In this document: positions 11,573 to 23,333 of the stretch, in pieces
Layout of the letters: the number at the start of each line of letters is the position of its first letter
How positions within the stretch are numbered: position 1 is the first letter of the stretch
DNA from: Squalus acanthias
Lineage: Eukaryota
Length of the DNA stretch: 64,000 bases
Reading direction: 5' to 3'
NCBI GenBank assembly: GCA_030390025.1
Contig: JASTWF010000070.1
Coordinates: forward strand, 992,001 to 1,056,000
The notes under the pieces: model-generated
Databases searched by the model: none
The model's input: only the letters and a program-made list of their open reading frames with translations
What the model was told of the DNA's origin: nothing
Position numbers and translations under genes: made by a program

Positions 11573-12111
11573 TGTTAGGGAGAAATTATTTCACTCCAGT
11601 CTGTTTATAGGTAAAAAGCAAAAAACAGTTTATTTAATATTCAGAGATCCCTGGGAGAAGTGTACAGAACCTTGCTTGGTCTGATGGCTTCACTTCTCGA
11701 CCTCTCGTTGTCAATGACAACCTTTTATTGAAGAGTTGTCCAATCACATAGTTACAAAATATCACATGATTACAAGTATGTCCATTTCAAACTTAAACAG
11801 CTTACAATTAATTCGTTATATTCTAAACAATTTATGTCGGTTCAAGCTAAATCATTAATTCGTTATATTTTAATTCAAACTAAATAATTATGTTGCAAAC
11901 TGAAAGCATTAATGACGTGTATATGTAATCTTGTTAGAGGCCCCCAGTGTCTGGGTTTTACAGTCTTTCATTGTGTATTGACCTTGATTGTTGCTAAGTA
12001 TCACAACGCTCAACCAGGCCTTATCTCCCACCTGGCTTCCCTTCGGTTTCATACAGAAAATGAGAATTCGTTATATTTTAATTTAAAGTGATGTTCAAAT
12101 TAACTCTTTCA
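11573..12111 (-). repeat. ERV 5' LTR (539 bp)
   Basis: TG...CA termini, followed by the PBS; matches 4672-5250. Confidence 0.95.
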
Positions 12112-12514
12112 CTTGAATATAATAAAGCGTGTGATTGTCTTAAAATGCGGTCAGTGTTAACTTTAAAGAGGTGAATTCACGGAGCTCTGACCCGCTTTTC
12201 ACCGAGAGTCCACATATGTTCAGATATCTCAAACTGATGCAGCCCTTTCAAAGAACCGCCACAGGCACGTTGGGCCGAATGGCCTCATTCGGCGCTGTAT
12301 CATTCTATAAGAGTCCGGAACTTTTTTTACGATTGATATTTTTTTAGAATTGCGAGTTAGATTCTGATCCGCTTTAAATGTTGCGGCCACGATAATTGAG
12401 CCGGGTCTGTTACCGGGTATTGAAGAGCTCACTGAATAAAGAAAGGACATTGTACGCGGGCTGGGAATTAATGTAGTGACTCTGCCTAACAATATTGTAA
12501 ATGGTTTATATATA

Positions 12515-12915
12515 ATTACACAGAATATACAGCACATAAACAGGCCATTCGGACCAACTAGTCCATGCCGGCGTTTATGCTCCACTCGAGCCTCCTCCCA
12601 TCCTTCCTCATCTAACTGTATCAGCATAACCCTCTATTCCCTTCTCCCTCATGCGCTTATCTAGCCTCCCCTTAAATGCATCTATACTATTCTCCTCAAC
12701 CACTCCCTGTGGTAGCGAGTTCCACATTCGCACCACTCTCTGGGTAAAGACGTTTCGCCTGAATTCCCGATTTGATTTCTTGGTGACTATCTTATATTGA
12801 TGGCTCCGACTTTTGCTCTTCACCACAAGTGGAAACATTCTCTCTGTGTCTACTCTATCAAAGAGTTTCGTAATTTTAAAGACCTCTATTCGGCCACTCC
12901 TCAGCCTTCTCTTTT
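12515..12915 (-). mobile_element. CR1-like LINE 3' fragment
   Basis: RRNVFTQRVVRMWNSLP...KGIEGY motif; absent from the copy B intron. Confidence 0.75.
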
Positions 12916-13674
12916 CCCCGGTTTGATGAAGGGTTTCCACTGTTTGATATTTCTAGTGAAAGGGGGAACAAGGATTGTAAAAGTTGCTCGCTGCAGAGGC
13001 AAGTCTCGCTGATCCCGGAGCGATCCGTTCAACACTGGGCGGTAGCGGGACCCGACAGATCAACCCAGGAGAATCGGCGCTATCCCCGGGGGGACACTGG
13101 ACAGGGAGAGTCAGCAGACACGGCCTGGGGGAGGAGAGAGGGTCAGCAGCGAGAGAATGAGATGGAGAGAAAGTTTCCTTCAACAAGCATCAAGCATTAC
13201 CCAGCCTCACTCACACACACGGGGCTGGTCAGTAATTGTCACTGCGCCTCTCCATGGTAAAGCGGCGATTCTGCTCTTTAAACAGTGGGGAGATTACGAA
13301 TAATGAGCTCAGACAGTTTAAATATCGCAGCACGAATTTCAGAATAAAACCAGTCCCGTCAAACGAATACAGTCCCGACTAGTCCTGGTGTTGTTGGCGA
13401 CAGGGAGTCGATCCAACCGGTTGTGTGCTGGGACAGCGGGGGTCGGGAGGGCCCTCTCTCTCTCCCAGCCCAGAGCCGGACACCCGACAGCTGCGGTCAG
13501 GGGGACAATACTCCACAGGAATAAAACCAGAAACAACATTGAAATTTGCAAATGACGATAATTTGGTTGGGATCTCTCCCGCCGGCTCCGGGCAATCATT
13601 TTAAAAATCGGGCGGGGCAGACTCTGGAGAGCAGGAATAATTCTACATACACTAAGAAATAAGTATGGCATAGC

Positions 13675-14340
13675 ATAGAATCATTCAGCACAGAAGGATC
13701 CCAATAGCCCATCGTGCCTGTGCCTGCTCTTTGAAAGAGCTCTCCAATCAGTCCCACTCCCCTGCTCTTTCTCTAAAGCCCTGCATTTACCCTTTTCAAG
13801 TATTTGTCCAATTCCCTTTTGAAAGTTACTATTCAATCTGCTTCCACCGCCCTTTCAGGCAGCGCATTCCAGATCACAACAACTCGCTGCATAAAAAAAT
13901 TCACCTCCCGTCGCCTCTGGTTCTTTTGCCAATTATCTTAAATCTGTGTCATCTGGTTACCGACCCTCCTGCCACTGGAATCAGTTTCTCCATATTTACT
14001 CTATCAAAACCCTTAATTAATTTTTACACCTCTATTAAATCTCTCTTTAACCTTCTCTGCTCTAAGGAGAACAATCCCAGCTTCTCCAGTCTCTCCACAT
14101 CACTGAAGTTCCTCATCTCTGGAACCTTTCTATAAATCTCCCTGTGCAACCTCTCCAAGGACTTGACATTCTTCCTCAAGTGTTTTGTCAAAACCTATTT
14201 ACTGTTTACATTAATTCATAACTTCAAAGTATTTATCCAATTCCCTTTTGAAAGTTACTATTGAAACTGCTCCCACCGCCCATTCCAGATCGCAACAACT
14301 CGCTGCTTTAAAAGAACACTTCTCCTCATCTCCCCCATTG
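13675..14340 (-). mobile_element. CR1-like LINE 3' fragments
   Basis: Reverse complement of the GLFSLEQRRLRGDL and tail sequences seen in other copies. Confidence 0.7.
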
Positions 14341-14561
14341 AATGGGAGCAGGAAATGTTGTCAAATTAATTTCAGCGCAGTATTATTCCCCGAGGTGATT
14401 TAACAATAGCAATTCTGAGCAGTTTAACATTTTTCGGGGTATAAATAGATCCAACATCAAAATTCACTGAATCGAGATTTCTCTGGCGCCCGGAAATGAA
14501 AGCGACTGTAAATTAATAATAATTGAAACAATGTGAATGATAGAATGAGAAAGTCACTTAC

Positions 14562-14914
14562 TCTTTATACTCAGGGCGGTACCCGGTCCGAAGATGTATC
14601 CGGAGTTCCACACAGCACAGTAATAGACGGCGGAGTCACCGGGCAACAGGGTTCCGATGGTCAGAATGTAACTGTTACCGGAGGCGTCTCTGGAAGTTTG
14701 AAAACGGTCTGTGATGCCGATACCTCTGCATATATCATTATCTGTTTCATGCTCTAGCACCAACTGCGGAGCTTCCCGGGTCGCTGTCGGTACAAGCTCA
14801 CATCCATGTCGCCCACAGCCCCGTTCTCCATCGCACACTGCAACCGGGCGGCATGACCCGCGGAGACAGGATCGGATATTGGGGACTGATTCAGGACGGG
14901 AGCCGCCAGGACAC
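14562..14914 (-). pseudogene. Germline-joined VJ exon, copy A (frameshifted)
   Basis: APVLNQSPISDPVSAG...C...YYCAVWNSGYIFGPGTALSIK with no intervening RSS; GCTTCCCGGG versus GCTTCCCCGGG in copy B. Confidence 0.9.
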
Positions 14915-15066
14915 CTTCAATAAAAGAAAAAAATCAACCCATTCAGGGACTTGGAACAAATCGGACGTTAATGCTTCAATAAACACGGAGAAAAAACCGC
15001 CCGATTCCCGGTATTGAACCGATTTAGTTGCGGATAAACCCGTGACTAAAACCATCCGTGTCTCAC

Positions 15067-15115
15067 CTGTTAAATGGATCAGCAGAGCCCACAGGAGATG
15101 CATCGCTGGAGCCAT
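15067..15115 (-). pseudogene. IgL leader exon, copy A
   Basis: MAPAMHLLWALLIHLT-G|GTGAGA. Confidence 0.9.
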
Positions 15116-15229
15116 TTCCTCCGGAGAAGCGCCAACAGCAACCGCCCAAACTTCCGGTTGAACCGTGCGCTGTTCCTGTAAACTCCGGGACCCGGTCCGG
15201 TTACAGTGTCTGCAAACCCGAGAATCCGG

Positions 15230-15255
15230 GTCTATTTATTACCCGATATGCTAAT
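15230..15255 (-). promoter_or_regulatory. IgL promoter A: variant octamer plus TATA-like box
   Basis: ATTAGCAT (15248-15255, 1 mismatch to ATTTGCAT) and TAATAAATA. Confidence 0.6.
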
Positions 15256-16319
15256 GGCTGGGAGGTGCCAGGAAAAGGAATGAGGCAGATTTTTAATTCG
15301 GGATTTTTATTTAAATCTATTTGTGCCTGATTAAATTATTACAAACTTAATCCTTTAATATACAAATGTTTAATCTCCAATTGGAGTTTCTGTTAAGGGG
15401 AGCTTCCAAATTTCGAAGGTTTTTGCGTTTAATGAATATTTAGTCTGTTTTCTACCCCTGAAAAATGAGGGGCGGATTGTAGAGATACCGATCAGCTGAT
15501 GCACTTCGGCCGGAATCGTTCTGATAACGCGCTGTTACTCTCCGATATACTGCATCAGATTTTAAAATAACCTTTTCCCCCTAAAATACATATTTCATAA
15601 TAGACTGACATCCACTTCGCTAAATCAGCAGCAAGATAACCCTGGATTTGTCAATCCCTTTAAAATTGGCGTTTCAATTGACAAATATGATTTGGGCTTC
15701 TGTCTGAAAATGCATTTCTGATGAGAATATTCCTGAGCCGAAGTGAAGAGCGAATTAGGTGATTGAGAAAGAGGGGAAGAAGGCGGCATTTTACCCCCTG
15801 CCCCGGATTAAAGAGAAGTTGTTCTATTATAGCCTGAGTCATCCCCTTTAAAACTCACGAGAGCAAATAAAACTCGCCACAATATTAATAAAATGACACC
15901 TTGCCTTTAATTTGCTGCGGGTCGGATTAATGCGCGCAGTTCCCGTTTTAAACCCTGTTCCAGTTGAATTATTAATCGGCGGGGTCAGTTGTTTCTGGGG
16001 CTCTGTGATGTTGAACATTTCCCCTGTTTGGAGTCAATCCCTTACTCCCCACACTGAGTCTTGGTTCATGTTTTTAAAAGTCAGATTGAAACGAGTTGGT
16101 GTCAGTTACTTGAGGGCGAAAGAAACATGCGTCAAATTGTTAATAAGTGGGTTGGCTCGAAATATTAGCGTGAAAGGAATCATATTTTTGTTTAATAAAT
16201 ATCTGAATTGTGTATCTGTGAAGTTAGGTATTCCTCTGTTTCTTAGAAAAACACACAGAGCGGCCGGATGGATTCTCGCCCCCTGGAGTAGCCGGCACTG
16301 AATTCGGGCAGGGATTGGT

Positions 16320-16590
16320 TCTCACCTGGACAAGGGGCTTTTCGGTGAAGCCCAGGTGCTTGGTTCAGTTTCTGCGCTTGAACTGATCACTGATTCCTCT
16401 GATCTCTTAGAATTATTAAAAGGGCTTTGGTGCTGTGACTGGAGCTGCTCTCTCAACCTTGCACAGAGACCAAGAGCTTTGTCACTGCTGACACCGACAC
16501 GGCTGACTGGAGAACCAATCATTGCAGTGCACTGGGCACATCGCGCACTGCACCTTGGGAACTGTAATTCCACATTGGGCAATAGCCAAG
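16320..16590 (-). promoter_or_regulatory. Repeated upstream module, copy 1 (SBS/M4-like motif, CCAAT, splice donor)
   Basis: ATTACAGTTCCCAAGGTGCA, ATTGG, CAG|GTGAGA; also present at 20160-20430 and 35588-35840. Confidence 0.5.
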
Positions 16591-16594
16591 ATCA

Positions 16595-17480
16595 GCGTGT
16601 CTATGGAAACCAGTGTGTCAGCTATACCTCACCACCACCTCCTCGACCCCTCCAATCTCTCTAAATTGAAACACCGCCTGTCCGAAATCCAGTACTGGAT
16701 GAGAAGAAATGTCCTCCATTGCCTTTGGTCCTCGCCACAAATTGCGGTCGCTCACCACTGACTCCATCCCTCTCCCTGGTAAATCTCTGAGGCTGAACCA
16801 GACAGTTCGCAAACTTGATGTCATATCTGAGATGAGCTTCCGACCACATTACTGCGCCATCACTAAGACAGCGTATTTGCACCTCCATAACATCGCCCAA
16901 CTCCGCCCCGCCTCAGCTCACCTGCTGCTGAAAGCCTCATCCGTGCTTTTGTTACCTCTACACGTGACTATTCCAATGCACTCTTGGGACTCCTCCCACT
17001 TTCTACACTCCGTAAAGCTGAGGTCATTAAAAACTCTGTTGCCCATGTCTGAACTCGCACCAACTCCCCTTCACCCATCACCCCTGTGCTCACTGACCTA
17101 CATTGGCTCCCGGATAAGCAACTTCTCAATTTAAAAAATCTGGTCTTTGTTTTCAAATCCCTCCATGACCTCGCCCCCTCCCTAGCTCGGTGACCTCCTC
17201 CAGCCCTACAACCCTCCGAGATCTCTGCACTCCTCCAATTCTCCCCGATTTTAATTGCCGCACCATTGGCGGCTGAGTTTTCAGTTGCCAAGGCCCTAAG
17301 CTCTGGTACATCTCCGCCTCTCTACCTGCCTTTCCCCATTTAAGACGCTACTTAAAACCTTCCTCCTTGACCAAACTTTTGTTCACCTGTCCGAATGTCT
17401 CCTTATGTGGTTTAGTGTCCTATTAGATGACGTTCATGTGAAGCAGTTTGTGAGGTTTTATGGCATTAAAAGTGCTCTGT
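16595..17480 (+). mobile_element. L2-type LINE 3' portion
   Basis: TAYLHLHNIAQLRP and LHWLP motifs; L2-type tail. Confidence 0.8.
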
Positions 17481-17483
17481 TGA

Positions 17484-17910
17484 CGCTGTGGCTCAGAGGG
17501 TCGCACCCTCGCCTCTGCGTCAAGAGAGTTGGGAGTTCAAGTCCTCACTCCGTGAGACTTGAGCACAAAAATATATGCTAACACTCCCAGTGCAGTACGG
17601 AGGGAGCGCTGCACTGTCGGAGGTGCCGTCTTTCAGATGAAACGTTAAACCGAGGCGCCGTGGATGTACAAGAACCCACAGCCACTTTTTCGAAGAAGAG
17701 CAGGGGAGTCCTCCCCGGTGTCCTGAGGCCAATATTTATCCCTCAGTCAATATCACTAAAACAGATGATTTGGTCATTATCAGCTTGCTGTTTGTGCGAG
17801 CTTGCTCTGCGCAAATTGGCTGCTGCGTTTCCAACATTGCAACAGTGACTACACTTCAAAAAGTAATTAATTGGCTGTGAAGCGCGTTGGGATGTCCAGT
17901 GGTCGTTAAA
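17484..17910 (+). mobile_element. tRNA-derived Deu-domain SINE (SacSINE1-like)
   Basis: A box TGGCTCAGAGG, B box GTTCAAGTCC, central TTTATCCCTC...GGTCATTATC...AATTGGCTGCTGCGTTTCC core; several copies in the window. Confidence 0.75.
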
Positions 17911-18889
17911 TGGGCTATATTATTTATAAGTTATTGTTGCTGTTGGAGGCAGGGCACGGCTTTAGACAGGACTCACAGCAAATAGTTTATCTTACAGCAA
18001 ACAAACTCTATTTACTCAGCAAACAGATTCTATTTAAACAGCGCATTACACCAAACAGTCTACAGAATCTATTTAAAAAGAGTCGCTTAGAACTACAGCA
18101 AACAGAAGTCATGACCGAATCCACAGCAACCTCTCCCGGTAAAAGCTGGGTGATTTCTCCCGCAAAATGCAGTGATAGTGACACAATACAAATTATGTGA
18201 GTAAAAAAGGTTATTGTTACATATTTAGGTGTTACCCAGAGGAGCCATTTCTTTTTATACACTATTTATCATACTACCCAGTGCCATAATTCAGCTGAAT
18301 ACGTCGCATCTACTCCCATAGAAGTAAATCGTTCAGGGGAAATGTAGCAATGAGGAAGTGGGCATGTACTAAATCATCACATACGGAGATTAATATGGAA
18401 AGAAGGAAACGTGAAGAATTATTAATTATAACGAGTAAAGTGCGGCTTTCTGGAAACGTGTTGACAGTGTTTATAGCTTCATTTCAGTTAGTAAAGTGGG
18501 GGCAGGAACAGAGAGACCTGGGGTTCAGGGATACAAATCTTTGAAGGTCGCAGGACTAGTTGTGAAAACATTTAAAATAAAGGCATTGGTAACAAAAGCA
18601 AGGACGTTATGCTAAACCTTAATAAACACTGGTTAGACCTCAGCTGGAGTATTGAGGCCATTTCTGAGCACCACACTTTAAGAAGGATGTCAAGGCCTTG
18701 GAGAGAGTGCAGGGGAGGTGTACTAGAATGGTACCAGGGAGGAGAGACTTCAGTTATGTGGAGAGACTGGAGAGGCTGGGATTGTTCTCCTTAGAGCAGA
18801 GAAGGATAAGGGGAGATTTCGATGCTGGGTTTCCTGAGCACCGGGAAACCCGGCTCACAGCCGTTAAACATAAGTCAGGCTCCCAACTG

Positions 18890-20120
18890 CACTGTGGGAA
18901 CCTGATTTAAATATTATAATGAGTTTTCCGCCTGAGACCTTAAATATGGCTGCAGGAGCTTTTTGCGTTGGGTTGGTGTGGCGTTACCCCATTGTTATAT
19001 TTAACCCACCCACTCCCTCCCGCCCATCTTATTCCCATCCAATCCTCCAATACAGTTCCCAGGTCATCTTGAGTTCAGGAATGAATTGCTAGGTCAGAGA
19101 CGTATTCTAAGGGCACTATATGTAGGTTACAGAGCATCAACAGCAAGTTGCATTAATATAGCGCCTTTAGCTTGGTAAAACGTCCCATGGCGCTTCACAG
19201 GAGCGCGTAACAAACAAAATTTGACACCGATCCACATAAGGAGATATTGGGACAGGTGAGCAAAAGCTTGCTTAGAGAGGTCGGTTTTAAGGAGGATCTT
19301 AAAGGTGTAGAGAAGCGGGAGCTTTAGAGAAGGGCTTGGGACAGATTGGGATCCACACATTCTCACTCCCAACAGCTAAAAGTTGAAATGTTCAGAAGTT
19401 TTCGGGGGAATCGAACAGGTGGAGCACTTTAAGTGACAGGGGTGTCATTCCGCCGCATTCACACCTCCAGAAATGTCCTTTCGCGTTGGAGTCAATGCCA
19501 GATCTTTGCTTACCTGGGCGGGTCCGGTGCGGGCGATGGCCATGGCGGGTCGCGATCCCGCTGCTGGCTCCATCCCGCTGTGGAAAATGAACTTACCTTA
19601 ATGGAGCCAAATGGAGCCCGCCCAGCGCGTTACCCGGCCCAATGAGATGGACTGGGGCTGGTGACGTCATTCATGACGCGTTTTCAGCTGGCATCTTTAA
19701 AGGAACCATGGTTACAATCCATTTGAAGTTTAATATAACAGAGTGTTGTCCGTGCACTAAGGCTCGTGCGGGGGAGATGACAGCTGGATCCTGAACCGCT
19801 CCCAAAAATAACAACTTTCCCACCCGACCCGGCACCGATCTGGCCCGCTATCTCCCCGGAAAATTCCAGCTGAGTCTGTACCGAGCTCTAACCGACTCCA
19901 TACTAAAGTCCAACTGCACTCTTAGGGGGGAATTTTACACGGGTTCAGCGGGCGGGATCGGTGGCGGGTCAGGTGGGAAAGTGTGTTTTTTACAGTGCTC
20001 GTGACCCCGCTGTCAATCCGCCATCACGCGCCTTTACCAAATGTCGGGTCTGTCAGCGCTGAGCAGACCCGACACGCAGCGGCGGGAGAGGCAATTCAGG
20101 TCATTATCACCTTGTTAACA
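18890..20120. repeat. Local tandem duplication (internally deleted copy of about 20510-23080)
   Basis: 18890-19760 matches 20510-21320 and 19785-20115 matches 22735-23075. Confidence 0.75.
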
Positions 20121-20159
20121 CCTGGAGTAGCCGGCACTGAATTCGGGCAGGGATTGGCT

Positions 20160-20430
20160 CTGACCTGGACAAGGGGCTTTTCGGTGAAGCCCAGTTGCCT
20201 GGTTCTGTTTCTGAGCTTGAACTGATCACTGATTCCTCTGGTCTGTTGGAATTATTAAAGGGGCTTCGGAGCTGTGATTGCAGCTGCTCTCTCAACCTTG
20301 CACAGGGACCAAGAAGTTTGTCACTGCTGCCACCGACACGGCTGACTGAAGAACCAATCATTGCAGAGCTCTGGCCACACCGCGGACTGCACCTTGGGAA
20401 CTGTAGTTCCACATTGGGCAATAGCCAAGA
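20160..20430 (-). promoter_or_regulatory. Repeated upstream module, copy 2
   Basis: ACTACAGTTCCCAAGGTGCA, CCAAT box, CAG|GTCAGA. Confidence 0.5.
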
Positions 20431-20999
20431 TCAGCTCTACCTCACCCTCACCTCTCTCGACCCCTCCACACTCTCTCAATTGTCACACTGCTTGTCCGAC
20501 ATCCAGGTGTCCCGCCTGAGATCTTAAATAAAGCGGCAGGAGCTGATGCAGTGGGTTGGGGTGGGGTTATTCCATTTATATATTTAAATCCCCCCAGCCT
20601 CACCCGCCCATCTTATTCCCATCCAAGCCCCCAGTACGTTTACCAGATCCCATTGGGGTTCAGGAATGAATTGCTCGCTCAATAAAGTATTCGAAGAGCA
20701 CTTTATGTAGTTTACACAGCACCAACAACAACCTGCATTTACACAGCGCCTTTAACGTGGTACCATGTCCCCAAGGCGCTTCTCAGGAGCGTTAATCAGA
20801 CAACATTTGACACCGAGCCACATAAGAAGATATTAGGACAGGTGACCCAAAGCTTGGTCAACGAGAAAGGTTTTAAGGAGGGTCTTGAAGGTGGAGAGTG
20901 CGGCGGAGAGGTTTAGCGAAGGGCTTGGGACAGATTGGGATCCACGCAGGTTCCCAACAGTTAAAATTTGAAATGTTCAGAAATTTGCGGGGGAATCGA

Positions 21000-22830
21000 A
21001 CAGTTGGAGCCCTTTAAGTGTCCATAAGTACCTCCCGGATTGTCCTTTCGCTTTGGAGTCAAGGTCGGTACTTTGATTACCTGGACGGGTCTGATGCGGC
21101 CGGTGTCCATGGCGGGTCGCGACTCCGCTGTTGGCTCCATCCCGCTCTTGAAAATGAACTTTCCTAAACGGGGCCTATTAAAGGACGCCCAGCGTGTTGC
21201 CCGGATGGAGCGGGTCTGGTAACGTCATTCATGACGCGTTTTCAGCCGGGCTCTTTAAAGGGACCATTGCCACATTACATTTGACATTTAATCTAACATA
21301 GTGCTGTCGTTGTACTACAGCATTGGAGTGCTGCAAACACTCACAATGACTGCATAGAGGCAGAGAACTGCACCCAAGTTCTCCGATGACTCCCTCCATG
21401 TGCATATGCAGGGAGTCAGAGCACGCAGAGAGGTCCTTTTCCCTTCTGATGGGCGGAAGAGACCTCTCCAGGATACCAAGACAGCCTAGTTGAAGATTGC
21501 AGAGGAGGTCACAAGCAGGGATGTGGTTCGGAGGACCTGGGTGGAGTGTCGCTAACGTTTCAATGATCTCATTAGATCAGGAAAAGTTAATACAAAGCCA
21601 TATTCAACTGAACTTGCTGTAACTCTAATCACATCCCCATCACTCTGCCTTCCCTATCCTACTCCTGCACATCCTTACTCACACCAACAAACCTTGCATC
21701 TCCGCCCATCCCTCTCTCTCTATCTACATGGTCACAACCCAATCTCACTAGCAACCCCTTTCACTCACCCTCATCCTAATACATTCATACCAACTAACAG
21801 CACAGAAGGGTTGCCGCTTGGATATTTCATCCAATGTTTATGTAAAGTTTTTGTTAATGTGGTGTCAATCATAAAATTCTTTATTTTCAACACTTTCCGG
21901 TCTTGGACAGCTGTATGTGCACCTTTAAAAGTGGTTAATGAGTTGCAGTGAATGCTGAGTCATTACTCCCAGCAATGGTGATGAGTATGAACGGAATGGC
22001 TGGGTCTTTGTAGGGATGCTTTATGGTGTTGCTGTGGGGTGGTACCAACCGGGTGCATCATGTGGCTGCCATATGGGTGTACAGCGTAAAGTTAACCGAA
22101 TGTGGCCATAATGAGGCCATCCCTGGCCGACTGGGCAGCAATGTGTCCGGGTGCTGATGCCCTGTGTGCTGTGCAACATCAGGTGATTGTGGAGAAGTTT
22201 GGTGTTGTTGTTGGTGCTGCTGGTGTTGGGGGTCATCGGGGTCCGATTCTGAGGACCAAGGTGAGACAGTATAAATGGCACCCATGCTGATGGAATAGAT
22301 GGAAGGTGAAGTACAGATGACAGAAGCATTCTGTCAATGGTGAGAGAGTTCTTCCAATGAAGTGACAATGGATGGAGACTTTGCTGGAAAGACTTGCAGC
22401 CTGCAGAATCTGTGCTGGAAATGGACTGAGCAACAGCTTCTGCCTGAGGAAAGTGACCATCTGTTATGTGAGAGCTGTTACTGTACAATTCATACTGTCA
22501 AGCAATCAGCTGGATCAATGGTCACGGAACTACCGCATCAGGTTGACAGACGTGGTACCCGAGCTGCGTGGATACGGTCGCCATGCAGGGAAATTTGAAA
22601 AATGTAAGTGAAAAAGGGCTTTTAAGTGCCTGTAAACTACCTGATAATCATCTCAATTGGGTTCCCTGCCGCTACCGGTCGGGTCGGATCCGCGATGACA
22701 GGCGCGCCTGGGGGAATGGCGTGTAGGGGCGAAATGACAGCGGGATCCTGACCCGCTATCAAAAGTAATAAAATTCCCACCCGACCCGCCACCGATCTCA
22801 CCCGCTATCAGCACCGAAAATTCCGGCTGG
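21000..22830 (+). mobile_element. PIF/Harbinger-derived DNA transposon relic with Myb/SANT-like gene remnant
   Basis: About 21373-21587 reads PKFSDDSL...VRARREVLFPSDG...LKIAEEV...RRTWVECR*RFNDL, a trihelix/Myb-like domain with stops. Confidence 0.65.
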
Positions 22831-23333
22831 GTCAGCACCTCGTTCGAACCGACTCAAGCCGAAAGTCTAACTGCACTCTTAGGGGGGATTTTTCCAGGTT
22901 TTCAGCGGACGGGATCGGTGGCGGGTCAGGAGGGAAAGTGGTTTTTTTTTCAGTGGTCGGGACCCCGCTGTCAACCCGCCACCACGCGCCTTTACCAAAT
23001 GTCGGATCTGTCAGCGCTGAGCAGATCCGACACGCAGCGGCGGGGGAGGCAATTCAGGTCATGATGACCTTGTTAACAGAGGAGTAACAACAATTTTGAG
23101 CTCACCTTTAGAATTTACCAGCTCGCCAACTGGGTCCACGCTGCTGAGGATCACATCTGTTAAGCTGGGCGTGAGTTGAATGGCCATGGAATCATCTCAT
23201 TTCTTGACATCTGGAAATGTGTTATAAAAGTTAAGTAAGGGCCCTTGAGTATATCACTTAATTCCAGTGTAATTGAAGGGATCCATTTAATTTTAATTTA
23301 ATTTTAATTAATTAATTAATTAAAGGGTAAGTC

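Larger units (their letters stand above)
4672..12111 (-). mobile_element. Endogenous retrovirus (gamma-type env), internally degraded, 4-bp TSD CTTG
   Basis: LTRs at 4672-5250 and 11573-12111; CTTG at 4668-4671 and 12112-12115; single CTTG at the empty paralogous site 32468-32471; PBS, PPT, gag/pro/RT/IN remnants and env present. Confidence 0.95.
3716..15115 (-). pseudogene. IGL: Ig light-chain cluster A (type I/NS5, sigma-cart/sigma-2), germline-joined VJ, pseudogene
   Basis: Leader 15067-15115, VJ 14562-14914 and C 3716-4037, all with GT-AG phase-1 junctions. Lesions relative to copy B: 1-nt deletion at about 14775, conserved FR2 Trp changed to Leu (TTG), 7-nt deletion in C at about 3890, ERV in the J-C intron. 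Confidence 0.9.

Noticed and set aside
14492-14501. Perfect EICE (GGAAATGAAA) in the J-C intron
   Set aside because: Not preserved in the intact copy (GGGAAGGAAA), so support is weak
14554-14838. ORF MCDGERGC... as a distinct V gene
   Set aside because: Artefact of the 1-nt deletion in the copy A VJ exon
16322-16664. Repeated 86-110 aa ORFs on both strands of the upstream module
   Set aside because: Starts and ends differ among the three copies and no domain is recognisable; better explained as regulatory or non-coding sequence
17484-17570. tRNA gene
   Set aside because: The A and B boxes continue into a SINE body seen in several copies
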